Below are positions 39,301 through 53,358 of a stretch of 64,000 nt of DNA, one piece after another. A program made the position numbers and the translations under genes. The stretch is from the NCBI GenBank assembly GCA_965153285.1, contig OZ229115.1; one strand, 5' to 3'. Numbering within the stretch: position 1 is the stretch's first letter; every line of letters begins with the position of its first letter. The notes below the pieces were generated by a model. The model was not told the origin of the DNA. It made no database searches and saw only the letters and a program-made list of their open reading frames with translations. Source of the DNA: Podarcis tiliguerta. Lineage: Eukaryota.

Positions 39301-41739
39301 GAACTACAAATATGGGGCAAGCTTCACCTGTTGCATACGCATCAAGTGCCCCAGAAAAAAAAAGGGACATCAATTTTTTTCTTGCGAAAGGACAGTGGCC
39401 AAAATGGCCACCACGGTCTTTTGCAATTTCAAGCTGCACTTTTTTGGGGGCATGGAGCTGCTTCCAAAAGTGCCTTTTGGGGGACTGTGATCTTGCACAG
39501 GTCACGTGACTAACACAGGAGTGTGGACCTGGAAGATGGTGTCCCAGATTTGGGCCACATTGTGTTGGGAGGTATGCTGTTGATATTCTCTCTGTTGGAC
39601 ATCTTGATGTGGAGGTAACACTCCGCTTTGCGAAGGCAAACCTCACACCAGACATGCAACAGTATGTCTAGGAGCATTGCACCTGCTTTCCCTGACCCTT
39701 TGCCTTCTTGGCTAGAAAACAGGGTTTTTTCGCCTGTTTGTCCTCTCACAGATTTGTTTACTAGACATAACGCTTGGCTGGAGCATAACCGGGGACGCAG
39801 ATGTAATCAAGTATCGGGGAACATTTTAGGGAAACACCTGATAACACGTGTATTTGCTAATGCTGGAAATGTGCTTAGATGGAAATATGTTAAGTTCAGG
39901 GTGGTTTTACTACTCTTTCCAATTGTTGACTTCTGCTAATAAAAGGAGCCTCTACAGAGCTAGCCGGCAGCTTGCTTGGAGCATGCTTGCCAGCGTGCTT
40001 CTGCACAGCTCACCTGCATCCAACCTCCTGTCGTCTCCGTTATTCCTACATCTTACTACATTGCATATGACCCTGATGTATTTGGGGTTGCTCCCCGCAA
40101 CCAGCAAAAAAAGCTACAACATTGCATGTGACATAAAGCATATGCAACTTTTATGCAAACTTGCATCTTCTTTCGTAAGTGCCACAGAGGGCCCAGTCTA
40201 CGTACAACCCAACCCTGCCTAGACCCTGTTTCTACATAAGTATTTCAAAACAACAAATACTTTTCAACCAGTTGATAGCTTTTAAGATTAAAGTGCCTCT
40301 TGTTCATTTTAGGATACAACCAAATGCAAATTTTGCTCACGGGGAAAATCAGCAGTTCAGTAATTTGTCCTGGTCGAGATGTAAAGGTTTTTATAAGGGC
40401 TGGGGCTTTCTAAAGGCAATTTGGGACATTGTTGAGACACCTAAAAAAAAGGAAGCCTGTTGGGAAAATGTAAATTGACACAGTGGCAGTGAGTAAAGTG
40501 TTTTTAAAAATCCATTATGAGCAAAATGAATCTTGGTAGGCAGGGATAATTGCGAAGACAAGCAGACCCCTCACGGGCTTGAGGGAGGAGAAAAATGACA
40601 CTTGTGGCACAATATTGGAGTCACTTAAATGCCATGGCAGAATTAAAGAGGATGTAATGTGTGAAGGAGAAATCTTTTGACCACTCAGCCATGTAATCAT
40701 AATCAAGAGGCTGTGGCAGCTGCAATTGGGGCACAGGTCCTTATGAAACTCACTGATTGTGTTTGTCAAACAGAATGGAAAAGGGGGGGCAAGAAAGGGG
40801 GAAAGCAAGTAAAATGACTCTGTAAACACTCAGCTGGAATGAAGCAGGCAGTAAGAAATGGCGACTGCAAGTTGTACAAAAGATTTCTACTGCATCTTAT
40901 AACTTAACTAGACATCACACAGGGAGGGGGGAACCTGTGGCCCTCCGGACTCCTCCTCCTCTCACCTGTGACCCTTGGCCATGCTGGCTGAGGCTGCTGG
41001 GAGTTAGGGCTGTTCTGAATTTATACTGGTATAGTTGCTTTCTGATCCACATGGTTTTCAGAGGGAATTTGTAGCTGACTGTCTGCCTCTTTGGTCATGT
41101 TTGTTGTTATCAGAGAGTGAGAGTGGGGTTTTCCTTTCCACGCTAATGGTGGGTCATGCTCAATTGAGGGAAGTCCGGTGGCCATAATGACACCCATTAT
41201 GCACTCTTATGTTTCTCCATGGAATTCTCCTTAGGGCACCCCCTTTCCCCAGCCATACTCTCTCCTCCCAGGTCACACCCCATACCAGCCTTCCTTCTTT
41301 TGTAATATATAGTTACTGACTTGCACTTGTGTGCATGAAAGGGTTAATCTGAAGCCTGGTCTTAAATTACCAGAGTGGGTGTGGTTTAGCAGGTTATCAG
41401 CAGCCCCTGCTCCCCCCCCCCTCTCAGTCTCTTTTTCCCTTTCATGGTTCCTAGAACAAGCAAGAAACCATGCAGCCATGGCTCCCTGCAGGTGAACTGA
41501 TCTCTCCAAAAGGAGATTTAACAGCCTGAACTCTAAGATTGCATGATGTTTTTTGGAAGTAAACCATACACTTTTCTTTTAAGTCATTTGGAACCCTTTT
41601 CACCTTCATTTTACTGCTGACCAATGGAGAAACTTCTGGAAACTCGTTTGTTTGCTGAAATTTCTGGAAACTCATTGAGCAAAACATTCACTTACTTGCA
41701 AAGCTCAGTGTCTGATTTATTCTAGCCTAAGTTATTTCT

Positions 41740-42104
41740 GGGACGTGGGTGGCGCTGTTGTGTAAACCACTGAGCCTTGGGCTTGCCAATTGGAAAGTCA
41801 GTGGTTCAAATCCCTGCGACATGGTGAGCTCCCGTTGTTCAGTCCCAGCTCCTGCCAACCTAGCAGTTCGAAAGCACGTCAAAGTGCAAGTAGATAAATA
41901 GGTAGCGCTCCGGTGGGAAGGTAAACGGCATTTCCGTGTGCTGCTCTGGTTTCACCAGAAGTGGCTTTGTCATGCTGGCCATGTGACCCAGAAAACCTGT
42001 CTGCAGACAAACAACGGCTCCCTCGGCCAGTAAAGTGAGATGAGCACTGCAACGCCAGAGTTGTTCGCGACTGGACTTAACTGTCAGGGGTTCTTTACCT
42101 TTTT
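41740..42104 (+). mobile_element. Sauria SINE
   Basis: gggacgtgggtggcgctg head, tttaccttt tail, TSD aagttattt. Confidence 0.92.
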
Positions 42105-42376
42105 AAAGTTATTTGTGGGGGACGTTTGCTTGAAGGTGGATGAGAGCAGATGTAAATCTAACCATGTTTTAATGTGCTTGGAGCAATTGCAATTGTACTA
42201 ACTCTGCTATAAGAAAGTAAAAAAGATCTCTTCCAAACCCCTCTGTCTCCACAGCTTGGCACCCTCGAGTGTTTTTTTCTCTTTGAAATGTGTCTATGAG
42301 CTCTGACAATGACTCTTGCTTGTGTGGAATGAGGCTAGAGTGGGACATGTTAATATGCAGAAACTTGCCTACTATA

Positions 42377-42716
42377 GGTAAAGGGTAAAGGGACCCCTGA
42401 CTATTAGGATCCAGTCATGGCCAACTCTGGGGTTGCGGCGCTCATCTCGCTTTATTGGCTGAGGGAGCTGGCATACAGCTCACATGGCCAGCATGACTAA
42501 GCTGCTTCTGGTGAATCAGAGCAGCGCACAGAAACGCCATTTACCTTCTCGCTGGAGTGGTACCTATTTATCTACTTACACTTGGATGTGCTTTCAAACT
42601 GCTAGGTTGGCAGGAGCAGGGACCGAGCAACGGGAGCTCACCTCATCGCGGGGATTCGAACCAGCGACCTTCTGATCGGCAAGTCCTAGGCTCTGTGGTT
42701 TAACCTACAGTGCCAC
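42377..42716 (-). mobile_element. Sauria SINE
   Basis: Reverse complement of the same family. The tail reads ggtaaagggtaaaggg and the B box ggattcgaacc on the + strand. Confidence 0.9.
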
Positions 42717-43196
42717 AATGTACTATTTTATTTTTTACAATAATTGCTCTACTAAGTTTTGCCTCTGGCTCTGGATGTGGTCCTCAGAAGATTACCCATA
42801 AGAGAATGGGGGCTGAAAAGCATTTCCCACCCCTGCTGTACTGTGTGAAGTGATCTTTTCTGAAAATTCTTTCACTGTGGGGTGAGCATTATTGTTAATT
42901 ATATCGTGCCAACTGATTTGTTTTTAATTGGTTTCATTGTTACTGTTGTTGTTTACCTCAGGTACCTTCAACCTTCTCAGACCCAGTACTCACTTTTAAC
43001 CCAAACATGCATTTAGGGACCCATTTCTTAATATTTTACCCTGTATTTGCATAGTGGTAGTGCTCCTGTTGCAACCCGCCTTGGATCAGGCCATGACCTA
43101 ACAGTGGTCTACTTCCAGCTGGGTGCTCACTTGCACCTTGAGATGACTGTGCGTAAGTGCTTTTAAAGATAAAAAATAATAATAATGAACACTTAC

Positions 43197-43288
43197 GATC
43201 CAAGTGCTTCCATGAAAATGAATGTTTTTCTGATGTTGCTGGTTTGTTTTTTCCAGGAACTGCCCTCCTCCTCTTGTTGGCAGCCCAT
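43197..43288 (-). CDS. CAMK1G: CaMKI-gamma first coding exon (exon extends to the acceptor at 43314)
   Basis: aaaATGG context. Reads MGCQQEEEGSSWKKQTSNIRKTFIFMEALG(S), donor TC|GTAAGT. The acceptor tttcctgtcag 26 nt upstream implies a non-coding exon 1. Confidence 0.95.
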
Positions 43289-46200
43289 TTTCTCCAGAGT
43301 TGAAGCTGAGAGTTCTGACAGGAAATCAAAATGGTGTCAGAGAAGTAAAAACTGTTACAGGGATTAAAACAAAACCAAACCTGGTCGCTGCTTTTGCAGC
43401 TGAAACACAGTTACTAATGCTAACCCTCCAATGCATTCTCATCTTTGTGTGGCAGGTCTATTTCATTTTCCAATAGGCTCTGGTATAGCCTGTGGCCCAT
43501 TTCTGTAATTCAGTCCCCTTCTCTGCTCTGTAGTCTTTCTTCAAACCAGATGCCCGAGGAAGACTAAACTATTAGAAATTATATGAACCCACAAAGGACG
43601 CTGTACTATCATGTGATGAAGTCTAGGCTAATTTGGGCAATGGTGATTGGGCTGCTTCTCACATCAGTGGTACTCCAAAGCAGGGATGGGCAAAAGGTAG
43701 ATCAGAATCTACTGGTAGATCCCCTGGTGAGACTGGGCATATTGGCAAGGGTTTCTGACTTCTGTTTAACAACAGGAATAACTCTTTCTTTCTCTCTGTT
43801 GAAATTAAGAAAATGTTGGTGGGGGTGGGAGCCAAATAGGAGGGATTTTTGTGTGAAAATGCTGAGTGTTCAGTTCTGGTAATGAATACAAGTTCCTGGG
43901 TCTAACACCTAGGCTGTGTACCACTTACTCCAGATCTAGATCAATCCTACCACTGGTGTTTGAAGCTGACCGAGTTTATGTGACATTAGCCACAACCCAT
44001 AGGTATCCTATGGCTGCTGGAGAAAAACTCCTATTTGATTAGTTTCCCTTCAAACCAGCTTCTATCCAATTTATAAAAAAGAAAGAAAAAAGGAAGCCGT
44101 GGTTAAGCTGAGATGTAAACATTTCAGGCAGCTGCTGTACATGTGCAGATGATAGCTTCAGTGAATTAGAGTTTAGTATGGGCAAACAAAACAGGTAATA
44201 CACGTCAGATGAAGACATTTCTGGCTCCTCTCTGGTGCAAACAGCAACATATAATAGTAATGAAATGCATTGGGGATGGGGTAGGCCGGGAAACAACCTC
44301 TCTTGAGTTTCAGTTCACAGAACCTGTGTAAATAGCCTGTCTGCGTCCCACCTGCATCACTATGGCTCAAGCCTAGCTGATGGATCTTGGGGATCTAGTA
44401 AACAAAAGACATCCAGTAGATTCCACAAGCCTCAAGCATGCCCACTTCTGTTTTAAGTTATGGTGCTTCGCAGCCACTGATCTTAATGTGTAGGAATACT
44501 AAGTCATTCTTCTTGAGCAGGAGACTCCCCTTTTTTTAATGGCTGGTCTCCCATATCCACTATAACATTAGACTGGTTATGGTCAAATTCACCTTCACAA
44601 GTTTTGTAAACCAGCAGTCTTCAGCATTTCTCAACCCAGGATTCCTGCAAGATGGGACTTACTTTTGTTAATTTTAACCAGACACAAAGGGTTCATTGTG
44701 CTTGCAATGAAGAAGAAAAAGACATTTTGCTAACGCATGAGGTGAACACCTAGTTATGGTGAATAACTACTTGTAGCTATCACACACCAATATTTTAAAC
44801 CAGGAATTGGTAGGTAACTGTGGCATTTAAGACCCACCGGCCACAACAAGGTACAAAATGTAAATTTAGGAAGAGACAGTTTTCTTCTACCACATACATT
44901 ATTTGCTGGGATGTTTTGCAAGTCTATGGACTCAGCTACATTAGCAAAAAGAAAAAGAAAAAGAAAAAAAGCCTAATTTTTAGAGAAAGCATTTTGCTGT
45001 TGCTACTGACTGTTAAAACATTTGAAAGTTAAGGCTTGCCAATCTACCAATGTGCCCATCACAATCAAGATAAACAAAATGATTGTCTCTGAAGTTTAGT
45101 AGTGCAGTAGGTCCATCCGTTACTGAATTCAACAATGGTGTTTTGCTCTTGAGTACCTTCTTCTGCTGTTGTCTTCAGGGCTGAAAGAAGGCATCACACA
45201 CTCAGGCTGTGCTCTGGTAAGTTTTGACTAAAGTAAACCCAAGCAGGGGTTTCAGCACAACTTTGAAAGCTAAAGTTTTAAAGAGAGAGCGGATTCTTAG
45301 CCGAGTTGAGAGCCTACAATTCTTACTGAAGACGCACATCCTTCAAGAAATGAGCCACTAAAAACGTACATGTGAAACACAAGCATAATTTCTATTAATG
45401 GCTGAGTCCTATTATTCACTGTGATAGACAAGGTTGGATTCTCATTGCAAAAGATAAACCTGTTCATTGTTTATACGCAGAGAGCAGGACATGTTACAAT
45501 TACCATACTGAATCAATTTTGGAAATAATCACATGGAAACTGTTCCCTTTCAATCCCATCACAATGCACCGTAATGATTATGCTTGCTATTTCTATTAGG
45601 GTGGCTGCCTGCACATCTTCATTTTAAATGGAAAGCTTTGGGATATTAGATGCTAACACAGTAGTTTAGATGCTAATGATGGTAGTTTATAGTTGCTCTT
45701 AGAGACGTAGGATCTCATTCTGACTACGCTCATTTAGTTTAATAGCCTACCAATGGAATTCAGAGCAAGCACACAGAAAACCAGACAAGTTCTACAGCCA
45801 CCAGAATGACTACCCCTGTCAATTATTCCAAGATACGAATTAGTGGAAACAAACCTTACCTTGACAGAGTTAACACTTTCCATTCAAAGTAGGAATTAAA
45901 GAAAGATACTGGCCATGAATGCTCCCAAATGCTTGGTTTATTAAGTTAGCAAATAATTACTATATGGCTCAATTGATCAAAAAGGTCCAAAATGTATCAA
46001 ATCATTAGAATATGAATGGGAAACACACATCTAGATGTTGTTGGACATCAACTCCCATCATCATCCCTGAACATTGGCTGCACCAGCTGGGCCTATGAGA
46101 GTTGGTGGCCAATGACGTCTTGAAGACCACAGGCTCCCCCATCCCTGCAGTAGGAGAATTCACAAGACAATATTACCTTGGCATGAAGCTGGGGCAGGAC

Positions 46201-49200
46201 ATAAAACCCTAGAAAGAAATTTACTCTTCATGAGAACCCTTGCCAGGATTTGGATAACAGTGTTTTCCTTAACCAATTCCTTGGATAATGAGTGCGGGTA
46301 CATCTATTTTTTTTAATGGCGAACAATAATATTTTGAAGTATCAGTAGGGTAGCCAGGTGAAAAATAAGGCAGGGCTCCTGCATGTTTAATAGTTGTGTC
46401 TTCTTTTGCCCTTACCCACCTGAGTAGCAAGGAAGGTGGATGCGCCTCCACTAGAAACCTCCTTAGACAGCACCTATTTTGAGAACTATGTCTTTGGGCA
46501 GTCTTTGCCAACCTAGTGCCCTCCAGATGTCGTGGGACTGCAATCCCCATCAGCCCCAACCAGAACATACTGGTTGGGGCTGATGGGATTTGTAGTCCAA
46601 GTCATCTGGAGGTGACTGTGTTGGCAAAGGCTGCTTTAGAGTATCCTGCACTGATATCTAAAAACTGACATTACTGCACCAATATCTGAAAACCCCCAAA
46701 ACATAATTGTTTGCTAGTCAATAAAAACTGGTGGTTTCTGTATCATCTGGGTTTACATTATACCTACTTATGTGGGAATTCTGCACATTTTGAAATGCAA
46801 ACAGATGCTCCGCCTTACAACCTAGATCTATAAAGCATTGATTAATTAGAATTCCCCTCTGTCTCAAAAAGAGCTCAGAGCAGCATATGCAGTCCCATTC
46901 TTTTTTCTTTTAATCTTCACAACGACCCTGTGAGGCTACAAGAGAATGACAAGCCTATGGTCATCCATGGAATTTCATAGCTCAGTAGATAATTGAATCC
47001 GGGCCTTCTCAGCAATCTATCCACCACACTGAGTCAATGAGACCATAAGTACAAGTGGCACCTTATATGATAAACAGAAAATGTAAATGTACCAAAAAAA
47101 TGTTATACCTTTGCTTAAGAAGTCAGTGTCCTTCAAAACATATTTCTGGGAGCACTATTAAGCGCAGTCACTTGAGAATTCTTTTTCTCTCTTTTTCATG
47201 AACCAAAGACAAAGGAATTGATGCTAAGAACAATATTGCCTCAAGGACTAAAGCACACTCCATTTCTCACTTTCCGAACCAAGGAAGGAGAGCCTCCAGG
47301 TCCATGGCTGAATTTGCCGGTGTCCTAATTGAATCTTTTGTTAAAAGGAACGTTCTGAACAGGGAGAAATAGCTATAGCTAAAGAAGCCAAAAGTTCACT
47401 TCTTGTGACAGGTAGTTAAGATTTTCAATTCCTGCTGAAACTGTATTTGCCACCTTTAATTAATGGGGTGACATGATTTTTCAGTGCCCCAGCATTGGGT
47501 TTCAAAGGTTAATTCAGGTGTACTGAAAGAGAAATTGACTCAGCTGCTAAAGAATGACAGCTTCAGTCTACAAACTCCTTAAAGGCCAAAATGTGAGTTG
47601 GCCTTTATCCACTTGCAAGTGTGCATGTTCCCCTGTGAGCTGTTAACTTGCAAGTCTCGGTAAAAGATGGCTTTCTGTGGCTGTTATCTGCATGCTGATG
47701 GACAGATTCAAAAGGGAAATCTTTACTGTCAATACTTGCAGCTGTCTAGATTTATTTGGCATTGTCCTTGACCTACCTAACAATCTGCACAAGAAACACC
47801 ACAAATTGTAATACTGCATGGCTGAGTCACACAGTCACTGGAAAGTTTGCCGTCACTGAAATTTGAGGCAATTCAGATATTTGGAACCTGGATTTTAAAG
47901 ACAATCCTACTCAGAGAAAATCCTACTCACCCTGAAAACAGGGCCACATCACAGAACTGTATTGCAAAAGTGAGTGTCCACCTAATCAAAAGAACTTTGA
48001 CAGGATCAAATGAATGTGGAGGTTAAATGTCATCTGATGGTTCATTCCTCAAATAGTTTAATCAGTACTGAGCCAAAGAGCCACTCTGAATGCAATACTG
48101 TATTTTGTTCTTATTTTTTGGCTCTTGGGCAAGATTTAATTGGTTCAGCACTTCTTTAGAATAATATAACTTGTTGGTTCAATGCAAAAATATAAAACTT
48201 GAATCTGGCACTGTCAACATTGTACATTAACAAATTAAAATGCAGTGCCTGCACAATGAATAGTGTTATTTTCCAGAAAGTTCTGGCAATTCTTTTTGGG
48301 CTGGCCAAGATAGACCTGATTGACAGGTGCATAAGAATGAGATAGCAGAATGAACCACATGAAGTGATGAACTGGGTTGTACCACCTGAGACTCCAGGTG
48401 AGGGGGTATCATGTCTGAAGCCTCTCTCATATCAAACCCAAGCCACAAAAATAATACTTCTTGCTAGTAACAAAAAAACCCTTAGCACACAAGGCTAAAA
48501 AGCTTTAGTCCTATCTGTTCCTTGCATACAAGTTTCTTAACTTGTATTGAACTTATAACTTTACTGAAGCAAAGTGTATGTTCTTCTACTGAGGTACAGA
48601 ACCACCTCATATTCACTTAACTCCCATTAAACTCAGACTATACCTCCAAGTCAACGTGCATAGAATTGCAATGTAAGACTGCAAACTCTTCTCAAACAGA
48701 TATGCATGTCTTTTTTATTATTGCTATCCTCATGAAACATCAGGAAAGACTGACTAATATTTATCAGTAGGCATGTAATCCACAATGAAGACTGGGTGAA
48801 ACTAATTTTTAAAACTGACTTTCTGAAAATTGTTTGAACAACTCTGAGGAAAACAACAGCAGAAAACTTTCAGCAATCCTGTCAGTGCTCAAAGCAGTAT
48901 ATTCAAAACAAACAAAGTCACGACAAGTTTTTTTATCAGTACCCAACCTTTTTTTGGTGGGCAGCTAATGGGTCATAAAATGAGAAAGTCTAAATTTCCC
49001 CTCTCTCTACTTTAGACAAGACTTCTGAAGCACAAGAATAGAAGCATGAAAATAGAATCTGCCACACCTGAAGTTTCATTCTTGTATATAACACCTTTTC
49101 CAGATAATGTGATGATTTTGTCCTTGCTCCAGAAATGGGACAGGGAACCATGAAGTCTGCTCCTCTCAGGCCATTCAGTCGAGGAGCCTGACTGGTCAGC

Positions 49201-49493
49201 AGACAGCATAACTCAAACACACAGCTGAGCTGTTCCAGTCAGCATGCTTCACCTTGTGATCAGTGAATTCACATGGACACCATGTGAAAGTTAAGCTTCC
49301 AAAAGATAGCTTGAATAAGCCACTGAAATGAACTGCAGTGACATGAGGAATCAAGAAGCCACTGTCATCAGCAAGCAAACAGGGAAGCTGTGAACCAAGC
49401 TGATGGTGCCTTGAACAGTTAGGAAGGTCCACATGATGCCTCATTCTCCTTATGGATATTACAAACGCATAATGAACATGTGATGGAATGTGA

Positions 49494-49720
49494 TAGGGTT
49501 GCCATATATCTGGAATTTCCTGGCCATTGCAAACAGTATCTGCACAGAAAAATCACTGAAATGTCAGGGGAAATCTGGATGTATGATTTTGGCATCCCAG
49601 CCCCTATAGCTCAGAAACATTTCCCCCCCCCCCTCTGAGATTTTGCAAAAGAAGCTGAATAACTTTGGGCAAAAATTACTTTTGTGTCCGGATTTTATTT
49701 TTTGAAATAGGGCAACCCTG
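49494..49720. mobile_element. hAT-type MITE
   Basis: TIRs tagggttgcc / ggcaaccctg, 8-bp TSD gaatgtga. Confidence 0.8.
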
Positions 49721-52550
49721 GAATGTGATAGCAGATCACATGGGAGAATCTCATTTTTCTTTCCATCAACAATTTCTGTTGTCAACCATTTTGCAAATAT
49801 GTGCTGCATTCATTAATGGTGCTTGGGCACCATCAAGTCTCTCTGGCAGTTGGAGGCCACCCCCCTTTTTTAAAGGAGCTTAAGGTAGTATGATAGAGCC
49901 TTTGGGTGGAATTCAACATGGCACTATTATGAGTATTCGGTTAGTGTAAGCATTTTCGCTTGCCAGATGGAACAATATCCCTTCTGCATGCTGTTCTGGG
50001 GTTTCTTTGGAGCCTCCAGAGCAGATTTGGAGGGTGCATATAAAGAGAAAAGATGTGGGAGCCCTGTTGCACTAGCAGGAGTTTTTGCCCGGGCTTTAGC
50101 TTCCACACCGGGTTAGTTGAACCATGCACAAAGCCAAAGATTGAAGGACATGATGTGGAATGATACCTCTGTCACAATATATTCAACTCTGGGGATGGGG
50201 ACTTCATGCAGATGTTCAAACGGTCCACTGAACATACAGTGAGGTGGGAGAACAGTCTTCACACTTTCAATTCAATCTACAGATTGCATGTATAGAGTTG
50301 AACCTGCATAGAGCTTCACCTGCACAATAGGAACTCTGGTAAAGCAGTGTTCTCTAATTGAATAGAGAACACAAACTGTACACACATATGCTCTATGCAA
50401 ACGTTCAACTGAAGAAATGTAGAGTGGGGGCCCATCCTCACAATCCCTTTTATGTGTTCACTGTACACAGTTTGAACATCTTCATCAGTTGTAGGGGGGA
50501 TCCCAAAGCTAAAATATAAAGTCGTTAACTGAACAGATGCCCCCTTTGCACCTAAATTCTACCACTTCCCCTTCTTTTCCTGATGTTTGCCCTCCTTAGG
50601 CTACCCATCTGTTGGGTAACATAAAAACAGAAGAACCAGATTTTAAAGTGATGATTTCTCTTTGCTCAACCTCCTGAGGTTAGTGTGTGTAGGCTCTTCA
50701 AATAACCTAATGAAACATTTCCAGTATGCAGAAATTTAAGAGAAAATACATGCTTACCAATGTCTTAAAAGTCTAGTGGTGCAATCTCTGAAACTCTCAA
50801 CTTACCCTGTTGCAGATTTCTCTAGCGTTTACATAGTTTTGGAATTTCTAGTTGTGTTACGGTAATTTAGGAGTTCTTTCCTGAGATTTGCTTTGCAACC
50901 AGATGCCATGCATGTTTGCTTTTAGAAGTAAACCTCATTGAGTTCATTGGGGCTTACTCTTGTGTATGGTATAAGTGTATATAACTGTAATTCTTCTAGG
51001 AGCCAAATCCCATGGCACTCAGTGGAGCTCCCTCCATAATAAATAATAATAATGATGATGATGATGATGATAATTACAAGATACCAGGCAGTCCCATACT
51101 TTTTTTTAAAGAGAAGGGCTGGAGGCTAGTTCAAATTGTAACCCATTCTTCAAACTTCTGTGACTATGGAAATAGTAAATGATGGGCTCACAGCTTTTGT
51201 TTACTTGTGATGTCAAGGCAACTTTGCACAGCTACAAGTAGGAGTACCCATAGTTGTGAATATTCCCTCTACCTGCTCCATGCTTCCACTAAATTGCTCT
51301 AAAACCAGCCTAAATCTTAAAGACTACTGATATATACTACTGGAAAGGGGGAATCAGATGCTCAAAACCACAACATAAATTATCCTCTTCTGTCACAAAA
51401 AGAAAGATGAATGGAAAGAAGAACATGTGAGAAGGGAAGAGGAAAGACTTTCAATACAGTGCTAATGAGACCTGTAAGTCAGAGGAAGAATAGACACATA
51501 TGTATGTCATACATCTTGTAAAATCAAATGCTTGTAAAGCACAGGAATGTCTACCCTTGATTTACAATGTATAAAGTTTGCTCTATAAAACAAGAGAACT
51601 GCTCCCTGGAGAGCCTTAAGCAGGTAAAATGCATCACACATTTTCATGTTTTTGCCACCCAACAATAAGAACATACAGAGTTGCTGAATTGCTCTCTTCT
51701 GTAGCTTAACCAATAGATCTATTTGCTTTGCAGACAGAAAGAAGTTGCGTTATTTAAGTCTAAGGGGAGTATTACCTCCCCCCCAAAAAACCCCCAGATA
51801 AATATAAGCTAAACCTGTTTTCTTTTCTTTGATCCACAAAATGATGTGCCATCCATTACAATCTAAGAACAAGTGTTATGACCTTCATATGAAAAAAATG
51901 TCCTTGGTTTTTATATATTACGGTACTGGCAGATCCGTTTGGGTCTGCTGCCTAATAACATATTAGAAAAACTGCAGGAACATTGCTTGAGAGACAAAGT
52001 TAAGATGCAAAGGAAGGCAAAACCATGCCTCTTAACCTCAGCCCGTATAACCAAAGAGAGAGAGATGATGCATGTAATCAGAACTATTTGACAATATAAT
52101 TCAGCTCATTTCCTGCGTCGTTCAAATCAAGCTCTTCTAGCAGTCATAATCATTGTTAAGAGAACAGAACAAGAAGAGGAAACTTAATATAGCCTTGCTA
52201 ATTGCATGTTAGAAGACAACGACGAGCTATGCAGTAACACCACTGATGCCAAAGGAATACATTAGACTGACAGTAATGAAATGGCATTCAAAATCTCTCT
52301 CACTATTAATTTTCATATAAACACAAATGTTTGCAAAGTAAACATGCACCCCATGCTTAAGTTCTCCCAGAATAAAAGTATCAGGTAAAGTATGACACCA
52401 AGCCACAAAATCTGCAAAGCTGTGTGTTCATGATGAAGACACACAGAGGCAAATCTAGCTTGGAAATAGCCTGGCCAAAATGCCCCCCTGTACTTTGGAC
52501 AAAACAGGTGCAAGACAGAAATGGTTGTCAAGAAAATAGAATCAGCTTAC

Positions 52551-52720
52551 CCCTCAAGACCAAAAAGGAAGCAACTTCTCTTCTCTGACTCGGCTGCTCT
52601 GCTCTTACAGGTCTGCAGGGATTAAAGGCAGGCACTGTGCTAACAATAAAGTGAGATTAAAGGGGAGGGAAGCAGGAGGCTCCTTTCATGAGATAGTAGC
52701 TAGGCAGCTCTTAAAGGGGA
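52551..52720 (-). promoter_or_regulatory. Candidate non-coding exon 1 and core promoter of CAMK1G
   Basis: Minus-strand donor GGG|GTAAGC at 52550, TATA-like TTTAAGA near 52709-52715, two TTAATC motifs, no recognisable repeat. Inference only. Confidence 0.3.
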
Positions 52721-53263
52721 GTGAATGAGCACCAGAATGCACTTTCTCTGCGAGTGCCTCTAAAACAGCAATGAAAGTGGTGTTTTACATTTCCGGAATA
52801 CCTGTCATCAGCACACTCCAAGCTACGTAGCAACAGCCATTAATTTATATTTCTGCATGCGAGTAGCAATTGGTTTAGCTGGTCCCTAGAATGGCACATT
52901 GTCAAAGGAAGCTCATTACCTGTTAAGAGTCCTCTTATTTTTACCACCTGATTGTGAGGAACTGGTTGCTCTCTGGCAGCTGAAGTATCACCAGATGCTT
53001 AGCAGGTGGGGGAGAGCCAATTCTGCTGTGCCACATTTGGTAGAGCACCTCTGGAGTCTGCTTTTTGCAGAGCTGCTCTGCACATGGTCAGAGGCTGCTT
53101 GAAGTGCCAAGGTGGAAGGGTTGTTTGTGTTCCAAGGTCAGATGGATCAGATTAAGAGGGGGGAAATCAGGTCCCAGCACAAAGACACCAAGATTATAGA
53201 GCTGAGCCATAAGATTTTCATAACAAAAAAGGGATGTGGATACCTCCGTGAAGTCCACCTGAG

Positions 53264-53266
<3 letters not shown>

Positions 53267-53308
<42 letters not shown>
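53267..53308. repeat. (AC)n microsatellite
   Basis: Read directly from the sequence. Confidence 0.95.
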
Positions 53309-53309
<1 letters not shown>

Positions 53310-53358
53310 CAAACCTATGCAATTCAAAATAAAAGGTGCTACAAACAGCTGCAAAATA

